From: an uncultured Chloroflexia bacterium
Lineage (GTDB): Bacteria; Chloroflexota; Dehalococcoidia; DSTF01; WHTK01
Direction of reading: 5' to 3'
Assembly (NCBI GenBank): GCA_963703905.1
Contig: CAVPFY010000006.1
Coordinates: 264,601-328,600 of the forward strand
Length of the DNA: 64,000 nucleotides
Shown in pieces: positions 54,623 through 64,000 of the stretch. The number at the start of each line of letters is the position of its first letter. The first letter of the stretch is position 1. Under the pieces are notes generated by a model, which worked only from the letters and a program-made list of their open reading frames with translations, did no database searches and had not been told where the DNA came from. The position numbers and the translations under genes were made by a program.

Positions 54623-54897
54623 TCACTGTGAAGGTGGCGCAAAAGCTCCTCAGCAGTCTCGAAGGGGCCCGAAAGGCGGCCTTCGGCGATCTCTTCGTCC
54701 GCCTCACGCTCCATGGCCTGCCACTCTTTGGTCCAGTACCAGGCCTGGTCGCGCGGGATCAGTTTCTGCGGCACCAGGTGGAGGCCATTCTCGTCGGCCT
54801 GTACCTCGAGGAAGTCGCCCCTTTTGAGGCCAAGCCGCTTCACGAGCTCCGCCGGGATGGTTATCTGGTTCTTGGGACCGACCTTAGTTATCGCCAT
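54619..54897 (-). CDS. AbrB/MazE/SpoVT-family antitoxin
   Basis: 92 aa. MAITKVGPKNQITIPAELVKRLGLKRGDFLEV swapped-hairpin motif. Confidence 0.8.
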   Translation of the reverse strand: MAITKVGPKNQITIPAELVKRLGLKRGDFLEVQADENGLHLVPQKLIPRDQAWYWTKEWQAMEREADEEIAEGRLSGPFETAEELLRHLHSE

Positions 54898-54970
54898 GTC
54901 ATCATTTCCAACTTTCCAACATTATATACCTCTAGTTTAGAGGCCCGGCAGTTCCCTGTAGGATTGCGCC

Positions 54971-55354
54971 GTGGACGACGAAGAGGTGCATCGGCTAAAG
55001 GCGCTCGAATGCCTGGCAGGTGCCGCGAGCGAGCTCGCGGCCGGCCGCTTCAACAATGCGGCCAATCGCGCATACTACGCCTGCTTCCACGCGGCGATCG
55101 TGGCGCTACTGCGCGGCGGAGTCCGGCGCGAGTTTTGGGGACATGACGATGTTAGAGCCCAGTTCGCCGGGGAACTTATCGGTCGGCGTAAACTGTACGA
55201 AACCGATCTGCGAGACTCGCTAGACCGGCTTGGAGACCTGCGGCAATTGGCGGACTATCGGTTAGGATCCGTAAGCAGCGCCCAGGCCACGAGGGCAGTG
55301 CGAAGGGCGAATAGATTTTCGGAACGCGTTCTAGAAAATGCAGACAAAAACTAA
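54971..55354 (+). CDS. HEPN domain protein
   Basis: 127 aa, GTG start. AANRAYYACFHAAIVALL and LRQLADYRLG resemble the HEPN (PF05168-like) helices. Confidence 0.65.
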   Translation: MDDEEVHRLKALECLAGAASELAAGRFNNAANRAYYACFHAAIVALLRGGVRREFWGHDDVRAQFAGELIGRRKLYETDLRDSLDRLGDLRQLADYRLGSVSSAQATRAVRRANRFSERVLENADKN

Positions 55355-55637
55355 GTCAATTGCCGAATACCTCGAACGAATTCGCGGGGCCCTACGAGAG
55401 CGCTTTCCGGGCATCAGGATTGGTGTCGCGAAGCGGCGCCCGCATGAGCCCAATGTGCTGCGGGAGTTCTCATACTACGTTTACTTCAAGTTGCCCGATC
55501 CACTGGCCGACTGGTATGAAGTGATCGAATTCATTTCAAACTGACTGTCGACGTGTTGCTTGAGACGGGCTACACCGTTTATGTGCTCCCTGCTGAGAGG
55601 GCAGAAGAGCTCAAGGCCAACCTGACCTTCAGCTAGC
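55338..55637 (+). pseudogene. hypothetical protein overlapping the HEPN gene, probable frameshift near 55540
   Basis: ORF 55338..55544 ends ..EVIEFISN*. The +1 frame continues LTVDVLLETGYTVYVLPAERAEELKANLTFS* to 55637. No GS-X10-DXD nucleotidyltransferase motif is present. Confidence 0.35.
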
Positions 55638-55639
55638 GC

Positions 55640-57331
55640 CTACGGCCGCATCCCGACGCGCAGCTTCGGCCCCAGCTGCGTCGCGCTGTAAGCCTGCGAC
55701 TTCCGCACGAAGTCGACAAGCAGGGGACGCGTGTCGCGCGGGTCGATGATCTCGTCCACAAGGTTGGTGCGGCGCATCACTGAAGCCATGCGGTTCAGGC
55801 GTTCCTCCAGCTCCATGCGCATGCGCTCACCGTCCGGGTTTCCTTCGAGCTGGCGCCGGTAGGCGGCCGCCACGCCGCCGGCCGCCGGGATCGAGCCCGA
55901 CTCTGCGGACGGCCAGGCATAGCGCAGGGCAAAGGGGCCGTTGCGCTTGGAGCCGCCCTGGGCAACGCCGTAGAAACGCCGGATCAGCACTGTAACGAAG
56001 GGCGTGGTGGCCTCCCGCACGGCCATGTTCGCCCGCAGGGCCCAGCGCAAGGTGCCTTCCTTCTCGGACTCGGGGCCGATGTTAAATCCCGGCACGTCGC
56101 AGAGGTACACGACAGGCAGGTGGAAGGTATCGGCCAAGTCGATGAAGCGCTCGAACTTCTGGCAGGCCGCGGCGGTCTGGGCGCCGCCGTCCTGGCGGCA
56201 GTCGTTGGCCATCAGCGCCACGGGGAAACCGTCGATGCGCGCGAGCATGGTGACCAGGGCACGGCCGTAAAGGGGCTGGATCTCGAAGCCGGAGTCTTTG
56301 TCGATGACGGAGCGAACGACGCGCCGGATGTCGTAAGTCTCGCGGCGGTCGCGCGGGATCGCGGACGCCAGGCTCTCGTCGCGGCGGTTGGGGCTGTCCG
56401 CGGGCTTCGCGCGCGGCGGAAGCTGCCAGACGTTGCCGGGCAGGTACGAGAGGAAGCGCCGAATCTGGCGCAGCGCGTCTTCTTCGTTGTCGGCGACGTT
56501 GTGGACGACGCCCGTCTTCATGACCTGGACTTTGTAGTTGCCCAACTCTTGCTTGGGGATGTCGATGCCCATCGCCTGCTTGATCAGCGGCGGCCCGCCG
56601 ACGAAGAGCTCGCTGGTCTCGCGCAGCATGACGCTGAAGTGAGCCTCGACGGCCGCGATCGCGATCCAGCCGGCACATGAACCGAGCACCGCGGTGACAA
56701 CGGGCACCTGGGCCAGGAGATTGCCGCGCGCCAGGGTCGAGGCCAGGTCGTGCCGGGGGAAGGCCATCGCCGAATCCCCGCGCCACTCCTCGGGCACCAT
56801 GAAGGCGCCCGGCGTGCCGGAGCGCTTGAGCTCCACGGGCAGGTTGGCCGCCGTGGCGGCCGCGTGAAGCTGAGGACCGGCGCGCATGCCTACGCTGCCG
56901 CCGACCTCATAGTTCTGCGAGACGGTGGAGATGCTGCCGCCCGCCCCTTCCAGAAGCATGACCAGGGGTATGCGCAGGTTGGCCGCCGTCTGCTCGATAT
57001 TGCGCTTGCCGGCCGCGGCGCTGTCGCTGGCGCCACCGCGGATCGTGTAGTCGTCGCCGCGCAGGGCTATCTGGCGGCCGTCGATCTGGCCGTAGCCGGC
57101 GATGACGTTGCCGGGCCTGAAGGCGGCGAGCTTGCCGTCGTCATCGTATTGAGACTCACCGTAGGCGGTGAAGACTTCTTCGAAGGTGCCCGGGTCGAGG
57201 AGGAGGTCGAAGCGCTCGCGCACTGTGAGGCGGCCCTGCGAGTGTTGGCGCTCGATGCCTTCTGTGCCGCCCATGTGCTTGTTCAGTTGCCGCTTCAGGG
57301 CCAGCTCTTGTAGTTCAGGTTCCCAGGTCAA
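55640..57331 (-). CDS. acyl-CoA carboxylase carboxyltransferase (beta) subunit, propionyl-CoA carboxylase-like
   Basis: TTG 57331 preceded by GGAGG. LTVRERFDLLLDPGTFEE, GGSISTVSQ and two carboxyltransferase halves. The ORF track extends to 57547. Confidence 0.8.
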   Translation of the reverse strand: MTWEPELQELALKRQLNKHMGGTEGIERQHSQGRLTVRERFDLLLDPGTFEEVFTAYGESQYDDDGKLAAFRPGNVIAGYGQIDGRQIALRGDDYTIRGGASDSAAAGKRNIEQTAANLRIPLVMLLEGAGGSISTVSQNYEVGGSVGMRAGPQLHAAATAANLPVELKRSGTPGAFMVPEEWRGDSAMAFPRHDLASTLARGNLLAQVPVVTAVLGSCAGWIAIAAVEAHFSVMLRETSELFVGGPPLIKQAMGIDIPKQELGNYKVQVMKTGVVHNVADNEEDALRQIRRFLSYLPGNVWQLPPRAKPADSPNRRDESLASAIPRDRRETYDIRRVVRSVIDKDSGFEIQPLYGRALVTMLARIDGFPVALMANDCRQDGGAQTAAACQKFERFIDLADTFHLPVVYLCDVPGFNIGPESEKEGTLRWALRANMAVREATTPFVTVLIRRFYGVAQGGSKRNGPFALRYAWPSAESGSIPAAGGVAAAYRRQLEGNPDGERMRMELEERLNRMASVMRRTNLVDEIIDPRDTRPLLVDFVRKSQAYSATQLGPKLRVGMRP

Positions 57332-57518
57332 CGCGATCCTCCAGAATCTAGCTCTACCACGGCGCCGCTGTGCTTTCGCCCTTGTCGCGAAGCATAGCGT
57401 TTCGCACTCGGATGCACAGCACAACCATTGGCCGAGTGTTGCCAAATATGACTCGCGCCCGCTTACGATCTCAGGCACCCCGGCGTCTCGCGCCGGCCGA
57501 ACATTGACGTTTGCGTGA

Positions 57519-58040
57519 ATGTTCACTAGGATCGATGCGATGACCACCGAAAAGACGGAGCGCGCCCGAAACGAATCCTACCTCCAGATCGGCGAGGTCG
57601 CGGACCGCACGAGCGTTACGCAACGGACGCTGCGCTTCTACGAGGAGCGCGGCCTCCTCAAAGCCCCTTCGCGCATGGAGGGCGGCTTTCGCCTTTACTC
57701 CGAAGAGGACATTGACCGCGTCGAGCAGATCAAGCGCCTGCAGAACCTGCTGGGACTCACATTGGCCGAGATCAAGGAGATGGTGGAGGCCGAGGAAACC
57801 AAGCTCGAGCTCCGCGCGACCTACAGGGACGACCTCGACACGGAAGAACGGATCGCGCGCATAGTCCGCGCGATCGCGGTCACGGAACGCCAGTTTGAGA
57901 TCATCGGCACCAAGGTCGAAGCGCTGCTCGAGATGAAACAAGACCTCGAGGCCAAGCTGCAGCGTTACCGAACCTGGGTCTCCGACCTGCGCGAGCAGCT
58001 TTCGAAAGAAAGTCCCGGCACCGTCTACCCGACGCGCTAG
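57519..58040 (+). CDS. MerR family transcriptional regulator
   Basis: YLQIGEVADRTSVTQRTLRFYEERGLLKAPSR plus a coiled-coil tail. Alternative start at 57540. Divergent from the carboxyltransferase gene. Confidence 0.8.
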   Translation: MFTRIDAMTTEKTERARNESYLQIGEVADRTSVTQRTLRFYEERGLLKAPSRMEGGFRLYSEEDIDRVEQIKRLQNLLGLTLAEIKEMVEAEETKLELRATYRDDLDTEERIARIVRAIAVTERQFEIIGTKVEALLEMKQDLEAKLQRYRTWVSDLREQLSKESPGTVYPTR

Positions 58041-58161
58041 AAGCCGCCGCGAGCGAAATGGCCGTTTCGAAGCGTGGGCTTGCCGTGGCATGCTCGTGCC
58101 CGCTTGAGGCGCGTCCAGCGCTGTAATTTGCCTTCCCGTGCGCCGTCTTTACAATTGCCCC

Positions 58162-59151
58162 ATGCCTCAGCGCGTCCCCCGCCGCGCATTGCTCGGCCTC
58201 GCCCTCAAAGCGCCCCTGCTGATCGTCGGGTGTGGTGGCGCCGCCGCCTCCAAACTCTCGCTGCCGACCGCGGCCAGCGGCGATGGCGCCCTGCGCGCGA
58301 CAACCGCGACGCCCGCGCCGCCCACCTCGACACCGGTCCCGCCGACAGCGACGCCGGTGCCGCCGGCGCTGCAACTCCTGCCGCCTTCGGTCCTGCAAGG
58401 CGGCTTCGCGACGGTGGTCCTGAACGAGCCTGCCTCATCGGCGACCGCGACCTTCCAGGGCCGCCAGTACCCGATGCTGAAAAGCGGCGACCGCTCCTGG
58501 GCGCTGATCGGAAACGGGGCGTTTACTCAACCGCAGCTGTATCCGGTGACGGTGACATACACGCCGCCGGGCAGGCCCCAGACCAGCGTCGTCGCGAGCC
58601 TTTCGATCCTGGACAAAGACTATCCCGTCGAGAACATCATCCTGGACGCCGCGACCGCGGCGTTGCTGTCGCAGGACATCATCCAGGCGGAGCTGGCGAA
58701 GCGAGCCAGCATCTACTCTGGTTACACGGCCCAAAAGCTGTGGTCGGGCCCCTTTCGCCGGCCGAATCCCGGCCCTCTGAGCAGCCTTTACGGCGAAGCC
58801 CGCAGCTACAACGGCAGCCCCGCCACCGACTACCACCGCGGCAACGACTTCGCCGGCGACGCCGGCTCCCCGGTCACGGCGGCCGCGACGGGTAAGGTGG
58901 CCTTCACGGGCCTCCTGCAGGTGCGAGGCAACTCCGTCATGCTCGACCACGGGGCGGGCGTTTTCACCGCCTACCATCACCTCTCGCGCATCGACGTCAG
59001 TGACGGCCAAACCGTGACGCCGGCCCAGCAGGTGGGCCTGCTGGGCGCGACCGGCCTCGTGACCGGCCCTCACATGCACTGGGAGGTCATCATCCGCGGC
59101 GTTGAGGTCGACGGCCTGCTATGGCTGGACGGCAAGGAGCAGGGCCTCTAG
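58162..59151 (+). CDS. M23 (LytM-type) peptidase lipoprotein
   Basis: MPQRVPRRALLGLALKAPLLIVGCGG signal. HRGNDFAG and GPHMHWEV zinc-site motifs. Confidence 0.8.
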   Translation: MPQRVPRRALLGLALKAPLLIVGCGGAAASKLSLPTAASGDGALRATTATPAPPTSTPVPPTATPVPPALQLLPPSVLQGGFATVVLNEPASSATATFQGRQYPMLKSGDRSWALIGNGAFTQPQLYPVTVTYTPPGRPQTSVVASLSILDKDYPVENIILDAATAALLSQDIIQAELAKRASIYSGYTAQKLWSGPFRRPNPGPLSSLYGEARSYNGSPATDYHRGNDFAGDAGSPVTAAATGKVAFTGLLQVRGNSVMLDHGAGVFTAYHHLSRIDVSDGQTVTPAQQVGLLGATGLVTGPHMHWEVIIRGVEVDGLLWLDGKEQGL

Positions 59152-59247
59152 CCGTTGGACGTGGCCCGCGTTCTCGTAACGCTTCCTCCTTTCGGATGCC
59201 TGACACAAACGAAGGGCCGCCTCGAATGGGCGTAAGATCACGGGACG

Positions 59248-60186
59248 ATGTGCCCTCCGAAGGCTCAGGCCGAAAGTCCCGACCGCGTCCTGCGGCCCGC
59301 CGAGGTCCTCTCCATCGTGCGAAGGTACGTCCCCGGCGCGCAGGGACTGACCGGCATAGATGAGTCAGGGCGCAAGGGCCGCGTCTACTACATTGACGAT
59401 GACCTGGTGCTGAAGACTCACCGGCCCGCGCGCCTCCGTGGCCGCATGGTCGAAGAGTTCGACACCAGCCTGGCGAAGGAGGCATTCTTCCTGCGGGCGA
59501 TCGAAGGGGGCGGCGGCGAAATCAGGGCGCCACGCTTCCTGGGATACGGCCGCGAGGGTGAGACCGAATACCTCTGCATGACGCGACTGCGGGGGGTGAG
59601 TCTCGGCACGGCCGCGCTTGAGGGCCTTCAACGCTTCGAGGTTTTGCGATCTCTCGGGCGGGCGTTGGCGCGCCTGCACGGCCTGGCCCAGGGCCAGTTC
59701 CTGGAGTCGGGGCTATTTTCGGTGGACGCGACCGCCGCGGCGCTGAAGGGTCGCATGGCCCTTGCGCTCGCCGAAGTCGCCGCGGTCGTCAACGGTCTTC
59801 CCTCGGAAGCGCGCATCGACCGAGACCCGATGAGGGTCGCCGAAGCGGCCGTGCGCCTGCTCCCTGACAGCCTCAGCCCGGTTGCGCTGCATTCGAACCC
59901 GGCCTCCGAGCACGTCTTCGTGGACCCGGACACCGGCGAGTTTGCCGGCCTGATCGACTTCGCGGACGCGTACATCAGCCACCCGGCCTTCGACCTGCGG
60001 CCCTGGCGCCGTCGCGACGAGCGCGAAGCCGTCCTCGCCGGCTACGCCGAGGCCGCGCCGGTCGATGACGCTTTCTTGGGTGCGATGAAGGCGGCGATGC
60101 TCCTGGGAGAGCTGGCCTATGTCACGCGCCGGCGGGCGCCGCCTTCGCAGTCGGAGGCCGTTATCGACGGCCTCCTGGAAGGCTAG
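59248..60186 (+). CDS. phosphotransferase enzyme family (APH/choline-kinase-like) protein
   Basis: 312 aa. VALHSNPASEHVFVDPDTGEFAGLIDFADAYISHP (catalytic loop and DFxD). Confidence 0.7.
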   Translation: MCPPKAQAESPDRVLRPAEVLSIVRRYVPGAQGLTGIDESGRKGRVYYIDDDLVLKTHRPARLRGRMVEEFDTSLAKEAFFLRAIEGGGGEIRAPRFLGYGREGETEYLCMTRLRGVSLGTAALEGLQRFEVLRSLGRALARLHGLAQGQFLESGLFSVDATAAALKGRMALALAEVAAVVNGLPSEARIDRDPMRVAEAAVRLLPDSLSPVALHSNPASEHVFVDPDTGEFAGLIDFADAYISHPAFDLRPWRRRDEREAVLAGYAEAAPVDDAFLGAMKAAMLLGELAYVTRRRAPPSQSEAVIDGLLEG

Positions 60187-60190
60187 CGGC

Positions 60191-61120
60191 GTGGTCACGG
60201 GGGACGTTTACCCGCAACCGGACGCTCCCGATCCGGTCCTGGGGCCGGAGGTGGTCCTGGCCATCGTGCGGCGCCACTCGCCCCGCGCGCGGGACGTCAC
60301 GGCGGTCGACGAGAGCGGCGGCGAAGCCCGCGCCTACATGATCGACGGCGACCTGGTGCTCAAGACCCAGCGGCCGCACCGGCTCAGGGCCCGGACCAGC
60401 CTGGAGAAGGAAGCCTTCCTGCTGGAGCAGATCGCCAGGTGTTCAAACATCTCCGTGCCGCGCGTCATCGCGTACGGGCAGGAGGAAGGCGTCGAGTACC
60501 TGCTCATGACTCGGATGGCGGGCGCGCCCGCCAGAGCCCTGCCCATCGAGGGCGCCGCGCGGCGCGCGCTCCTCGCCGGCCTCGGGCGCTCGCTGCGCGA
60601 GATGCACTCGATGCCGCAGGAGGCGCTGCGCGCAAGCCCGCTGATGCCCGGCGACCGTAGCAAGGGCGACCTGCGCGGTCGAATCGAAGGCCTGCTTTCG
60701 CAGGCGCTCGCCGCGTTGGCCGCAAATAGGACAGCCTGGACCCTGGGCCAACCACCGGAGGCAGTCGCGGCGATGCTCCGCCAGGCCGCGCCCATTACCG
60801 CTGAGAGCGTTGCGCTGCACTCGAATCCCGGGCCCGAACACGTATTCGTCGACCCGAGGACGCTGATGTTAAATGGGCTGATCGACTTCGGCGACGCTTA
60901 CATCAGCCATCCGGCCCTGGACCTGCGCTCCTGGGCGCGGCCGGAGGATCGGGCGCTGCTGCTGGAGGGATATCAGGCCGGCCAGCCCCTCGATGCCCAA
61001 ACGGTGCGGGAATGGCGGGCGATCGTGGGCGTCGCTGATTTCGCGGCGATCGCCCTGCGGCCGGACCGCAGGGCCGCCGCCGCGGAGAACTTGAAAGCCT
61101 ATCTGACGGAGTTCGGCTAA
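60191..61120 (+). CDS. phosphotransferase enzyme family protein, tandem paralogue
   Basis: GTG 60191. VALHSNPGPEHVFVDPRTLMLNGLIDFGDAYISHP. Colinear with the upstream gene. Confidence 0.7.
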   Translation: MVTGDVYPQPDAPDPVLGPEVVLAIVRRHSPRARDVTAVDESGGEARAYMIDGDLVLKTQRPHRLRARTSLEKEAFLLEQIARCSNISVPRVIAYGQEEGVEYLLMTRMAGAPARALPIEGAARRALLAGLGRSLREMHSMPQEALRASPLMPGDRSKGDLRGRIEGLLSQALAALAANRTAWTLGQPPEAVAAMLRQAAPITAESVALHSNPGPEHVFVDPRTLMLNGLIDFGDAYISHPALDLRSWARPEDRALLLEGYQAGQPLDAQTVREWRAIVGVADFAAIALRPDRRAAAAENLKAYLTEFG

Positions 61121-61575
61121 GGAGCGCTGTCTTCGGTGATGGCTCGGATCTCCTCGGCGTGCTCGACCAGGTGGAATGGCGCCTTCTCGAGTACCTCCAG
61201 GACGGTGGCGTCGCTCGGGGTCTGCCGCACGAGGTCGGCGTCGCCCAGCAAGGCCATGATCGCGCTGCTCGTCGCGGCAACCCGTTCGTGGGTGGCCCGC
61301 GCCTGCGCCGACGAAAGGAGTTCGAAGGTCTCCCAGGCCGGGCGCTCGAGGCTCAGGGCTGAAGCGACCGCGCCGGCGTAGCCGAGCTCGGCTGCCATCA
61401 CGTGCTCGGCGATCTGGCGCGGCGCCCAGGCGTCAGGTCCCGGCCGCACCTCCCAGGCCGTCGAGGCGGCTTCAAGGGCACGGCGAAACTCGGCCCGTGC
61501 GTCCTCGATGCGGCGCCTGAGTTCGTCGACTCCCATCAGCCTCAGCCCGACTTCAGCGCCACGAACGTGCGCCAT
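61117..61575 (-). CDS. DinB-like (DinB_2) four-helix-bundle protein
   Basis: WAPRQIAEHVMAAE and HLVEHAEEI histidine contexts. Alternative start at 61536. Confidence 0.55.
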   Translation of the reverse strand: MAHVRGAEVGLRLMGVDELRRRIEDARAEFRRALEAASTAWEVRPGPDAWAPRQIAEHVMAAELGYAGAVASALSLERPAWETFELLSSAQARATHERVAATSSAIMALLGDADLVRQTPSDATVLEVLEKAPFHLVEHAEEIRAITEDSAP

Positions 61576-62475
61576 TCGCCTTCGGAGAGCACCCGCTCGA
61601 CCATAAAGCCGGCGCCTTCGAGGGCCAGGCGCACTTCAGGCTCTCGTTCGGCGATGACGCCGCCGGCAAGGACGCGGCCGCCGGGGCTCAGGCGCGAAGC
61701 CAGCTCCGGCGCGAGGCGGATCACGGTGCCGGCGTTGATGTTGGCGAACACGAAGTCGTAGGGACCCGCCGGGACCGCTTCCAGCGACCCATATACCACC
61801 TCGATTGCGCCGCCGGCATGGTTCAGGGCGATGTTCGCTCGCGCCGCCGCGACGGCCTGCTCTTCGATGTCCGCGGCCACGCAGCGCGAGGCGCCGAGCT
61901 TGATCGCCGCGACGGCCAGGATGCCTGAGCCGGTGCCGAGGTCCAGGACCGCTGGCGCCCACCGGCAGCAGCTCCTGGGCGCCCAGGAGGCACATGCGCG
62001 TGGTCGGGTGCTGGCCGGTGCCGAAGGCCATGCCCGGATCGAGGCTGACCACGACCTCGCCCGCCGCGGCCTCGTACTCGATCCAGGCTGGCCGGACGAC
62101 GATCCGGCCGGCGCGCTCGATGTCGTAGTGCTTCTTCCAGGCCTCGGCCCAGTCCTCCTCGCGCAGCGTGCGATAGCGCAGCGGTTTCACGACCCAGGAA
62201 GCGAGGCCGCCGGCGCGGAGGCTGCGGCGCAGCCGCGCGCGGCGCGCGGCCGAGATTGGGCCGTAGGCGTAGGCGCGCATCGTCACCGGCGCGGCATCGT
62301 CCAGGGTGTAGCCCTCGTCCGGGCCCAATGCCGCGATCGGCGGCTCCAGCGCCACGCCGCCGCCGGAAAAGTCCGCCAGCTCGTCCGCGACCGCTTCGAC
62401 GCCACCAGGCCTGACGACCGCGGTGATCTCGGTCCAGGAGCCGGGCGCGCCGGAGGTGGCGATGGTTTCGAGCAC
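61542..62475 (-). pseudogene. prmA: ribosomal protein L11 methyltransferase, one frameshift as assembled
   Basis: GTG 62475. WEEAWKKHY-like EDWAEAWKKHYDI, DPGMAFGTGQHPTT. After a shift near 61955 it reads VLDLGTGSGILAVAAIKLGASRCVAADIEEQAV (ORF 61542..61880). Confidence 0.85.
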
Positions 62476-62483
62476 GGGATCAT

Positions 62484-62526
62484 AGTAATGAGTGGTGAGT
62501 GGTGAGTCGTGCAGTCGTCAGTTGTC
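62484..62526. repeat. heptamer repeat (AGTNNTS)x6 between the SGNH-like gene and prmA
   Basis: AGTAATG AGTGGTG AGTGGTG AGTCGTG c AGTCGTC AGTTGTC. The last units overlap the upstream gene's stop codon. Confidence 0.8.
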
Positions 62527-63295
62527 GGTCGGAGCGCGGGCGGCGCGGAGTCCCAGCGCGGAAGCGATGCAGTCGGCGGCCCGGGAAGCGCCGTAGGCCC
62601 GCGTCGCCCTGTCGGCGTGCAGGCCGTCCGGCGTGCGCCCGTACTTCGGCCCCAGCTCGGCGGAGAGCCGGAAGGCGGGGAACCCGAAGCGCTCGCACAA
62701 ACCAGCCACGGCTTCGTTGTATTCGCGGGTCAGGATGCGGGCCGATTCCCTCTGGTCGGCCTGCTGCGTGTTCCCTTCCGCCAGGCGGACGACGACGGGT
62801 ATGCCTCTTCGCGAGAGCATTTCGAAGGTCTCGACGGTGGCTTTGAGCGCATCACCGGGGTCGATCAGCGACGCCATGCCGAAGACCATGCGGCCGAGGC
62901 GGCGCGGCGCCCGAAAGAGCAGGCCCAGCATCCCGGGATTGCCCTCCGCCCTGCCGCCCGCCAGCGCCTTGGCTGAGGCGATCAGCGGCCCCGCCACGGG
63001 ATAAAGGCGCGGCAGGCGCCTGCGGATCGCGAAGGTCACGCTCTTCTCCGCGAATGTGTTCGATCCCATCGAGAGGTGGAGGGCGTCCGGGTTCAGCCTG
63101 TCCAGGTGTTCGCGCCGTCCTCTCGGCCATGTTGGCCGTGGGATACAGCAGGCCGTGGTCGACCTGCCAGGTAACCTCGGGGAATCTCCGCATGAGCTCC
63201 GACCTCAGCAACCAGTACGAGGTCTGCGACTCGTCTGAATCGGTGAAGGTGACGTCGCTCGATCCAAGGATGAGGATGCGGTAGCTGTCTTTCAA
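62518..63295 (-). pseudogene. SGNH/GDSL-like hydrolase paralogue, one frameshift as assembled
   Basis: N-terminus MKDSYRILILGSSDVTF..YPTANMAER (ORF 62852..63295). After a shift near 63125 it reads ..LDRLNPDALHLSMGSNTFAEKSVTF..PDGLHAD (ORF 62518..63069). Colinear with 41779..42582. Confidence 0.5.
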
Positions 63296-63425
63296 TACCG
63301 GCGAATTCTACATCGGGCCGATCTCCATCCGGCGGACAGATCGTTACCGTCGGCGTCGTTAGCCTTGCCCGAGAACCGGCTATCATTCTCGGGACGGACG
63401 TGTTCGTAGCTGATGGAGGCTCCGC

Positions 63426-64000
63426 ATGGCGGAAGTGACCGGTCGCGGCTCGGAAGGCGCAAGGTTCATGCGCGATCGCTATGGGATCGACGAGGCCGCT
63501 GCGCAGTCGCTACTCGATGCGGCGTTGTCGCGGGGCGGCGACTACGCGGAGCTCTACTTCGAGCACAAGAACGCCGGCAACATCCAGTTCGAGCAGCAGG
63601 CGGTCAAGAGCGCCAACCGCAGCCTCAGCCAGGGCCTCGGCGTGCGCGTGCTCCTGGGCGAGGCCGTCGGCTACGCCTACACCGAGGACCTCAGCCGCGA
63701 CGCCATGATGCGCGCCGCCGACACCGCCGCGAAGATCGCGTCCCGCGGCGAGCGCGCCACGCCGGTCGACGTCGTGCACTACGAGACCGCGAGCCACTAC
63801 TCGCCTGCAGCCAGCACCGTCGACGTAGCCCCGGCCGATAAGGTCGAGCTCTTGCGCCGCGCCGACGAGGCCGCGCGCGACTACGACCGCTCGATCGCCC
63901 GCGTCGACATCAACTTCGTCGACGAGCTCAAGCACGATCGCGATCTTCACCAGCGACGGCCGCATGGCCGGCGACGTCCAGCCCCTGGTGCGCTTCAACG
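63426..64000 (+). pseudogene. tldD: TldD/PmbA-family metalloprotease, 5' part (runs off window), frameshift near 63935
   Basis: MAEVTGRGSEGARFMRDRYGIDEAAAQSLLDAALSRGGDYAELYFEHKNAGNIQFEQQAVKSANRSLSQGLGVRVL. The last 60 nt read IAIFTSDGRMAGDVQPLVRFN in another frame. Not in the ORF track because the frame stays open. Confidence 0.75.

Overview
This is a high-GC bacterial chromosomal segment. Gene content and repeat types suggest a Chloroflexota/Thermomicrobia-like or related Terrabacteria genome, but that guess cannot be verified here. I support about 60 protein genes.

Housekeeping genes: secA, a cmk-plsC-ispH operon, glmS preceded by its glmS ribozyme, prmA, and a TrmH-like methyltransferase.

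Stress genes: hsp20 divergent from a J-protein/htrA-like/hspR operon, followed by clpC. Trehalose synthesis genes otsB-otsA sit behind a ydaO-type c-di-AMP riboswitch.

An accessory-looking block (about 19-30 kb) holds a STAND/LuxR regulator, three luciferase-like (LLM) oxidoreductases, a PPOX-family protein, an alpha/beta hydrolase and an orphan family-5 solute-binding protein. The window also carries three toxin-antitoxin-like pairs: MntA/HepT, RelE/AbrB, and HEPN plus an unknown partner.

I saw no rRNA, tRNA, CRISPR array, transposase or integrase.

Non-coding highlights:
- A 14-unit CAGGGAA heptanucleotide microsatellite in a divergent promoter, plus three other heptamer-repeat loci.
- A GIY-YIG nuclease gene embedded in two families of short repeats, including a 3.75 x 82-bp tandem array. 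A gene-less composite copy of both repeat types lies 15 kb away.
- A nested AACGGAT/ATCCGTT palindromic element present twice.
- A GC-rich hairpin element present once intergenically and once in frame inside an LLM gene.

Caveat: the sequence as given contains many frame changes. There are at least 20 in secA alone and 1-2 in about a dozen other genes. Most are probably assembly indels rather than biology. All family calls come from motif recognition by eye, not database searches.
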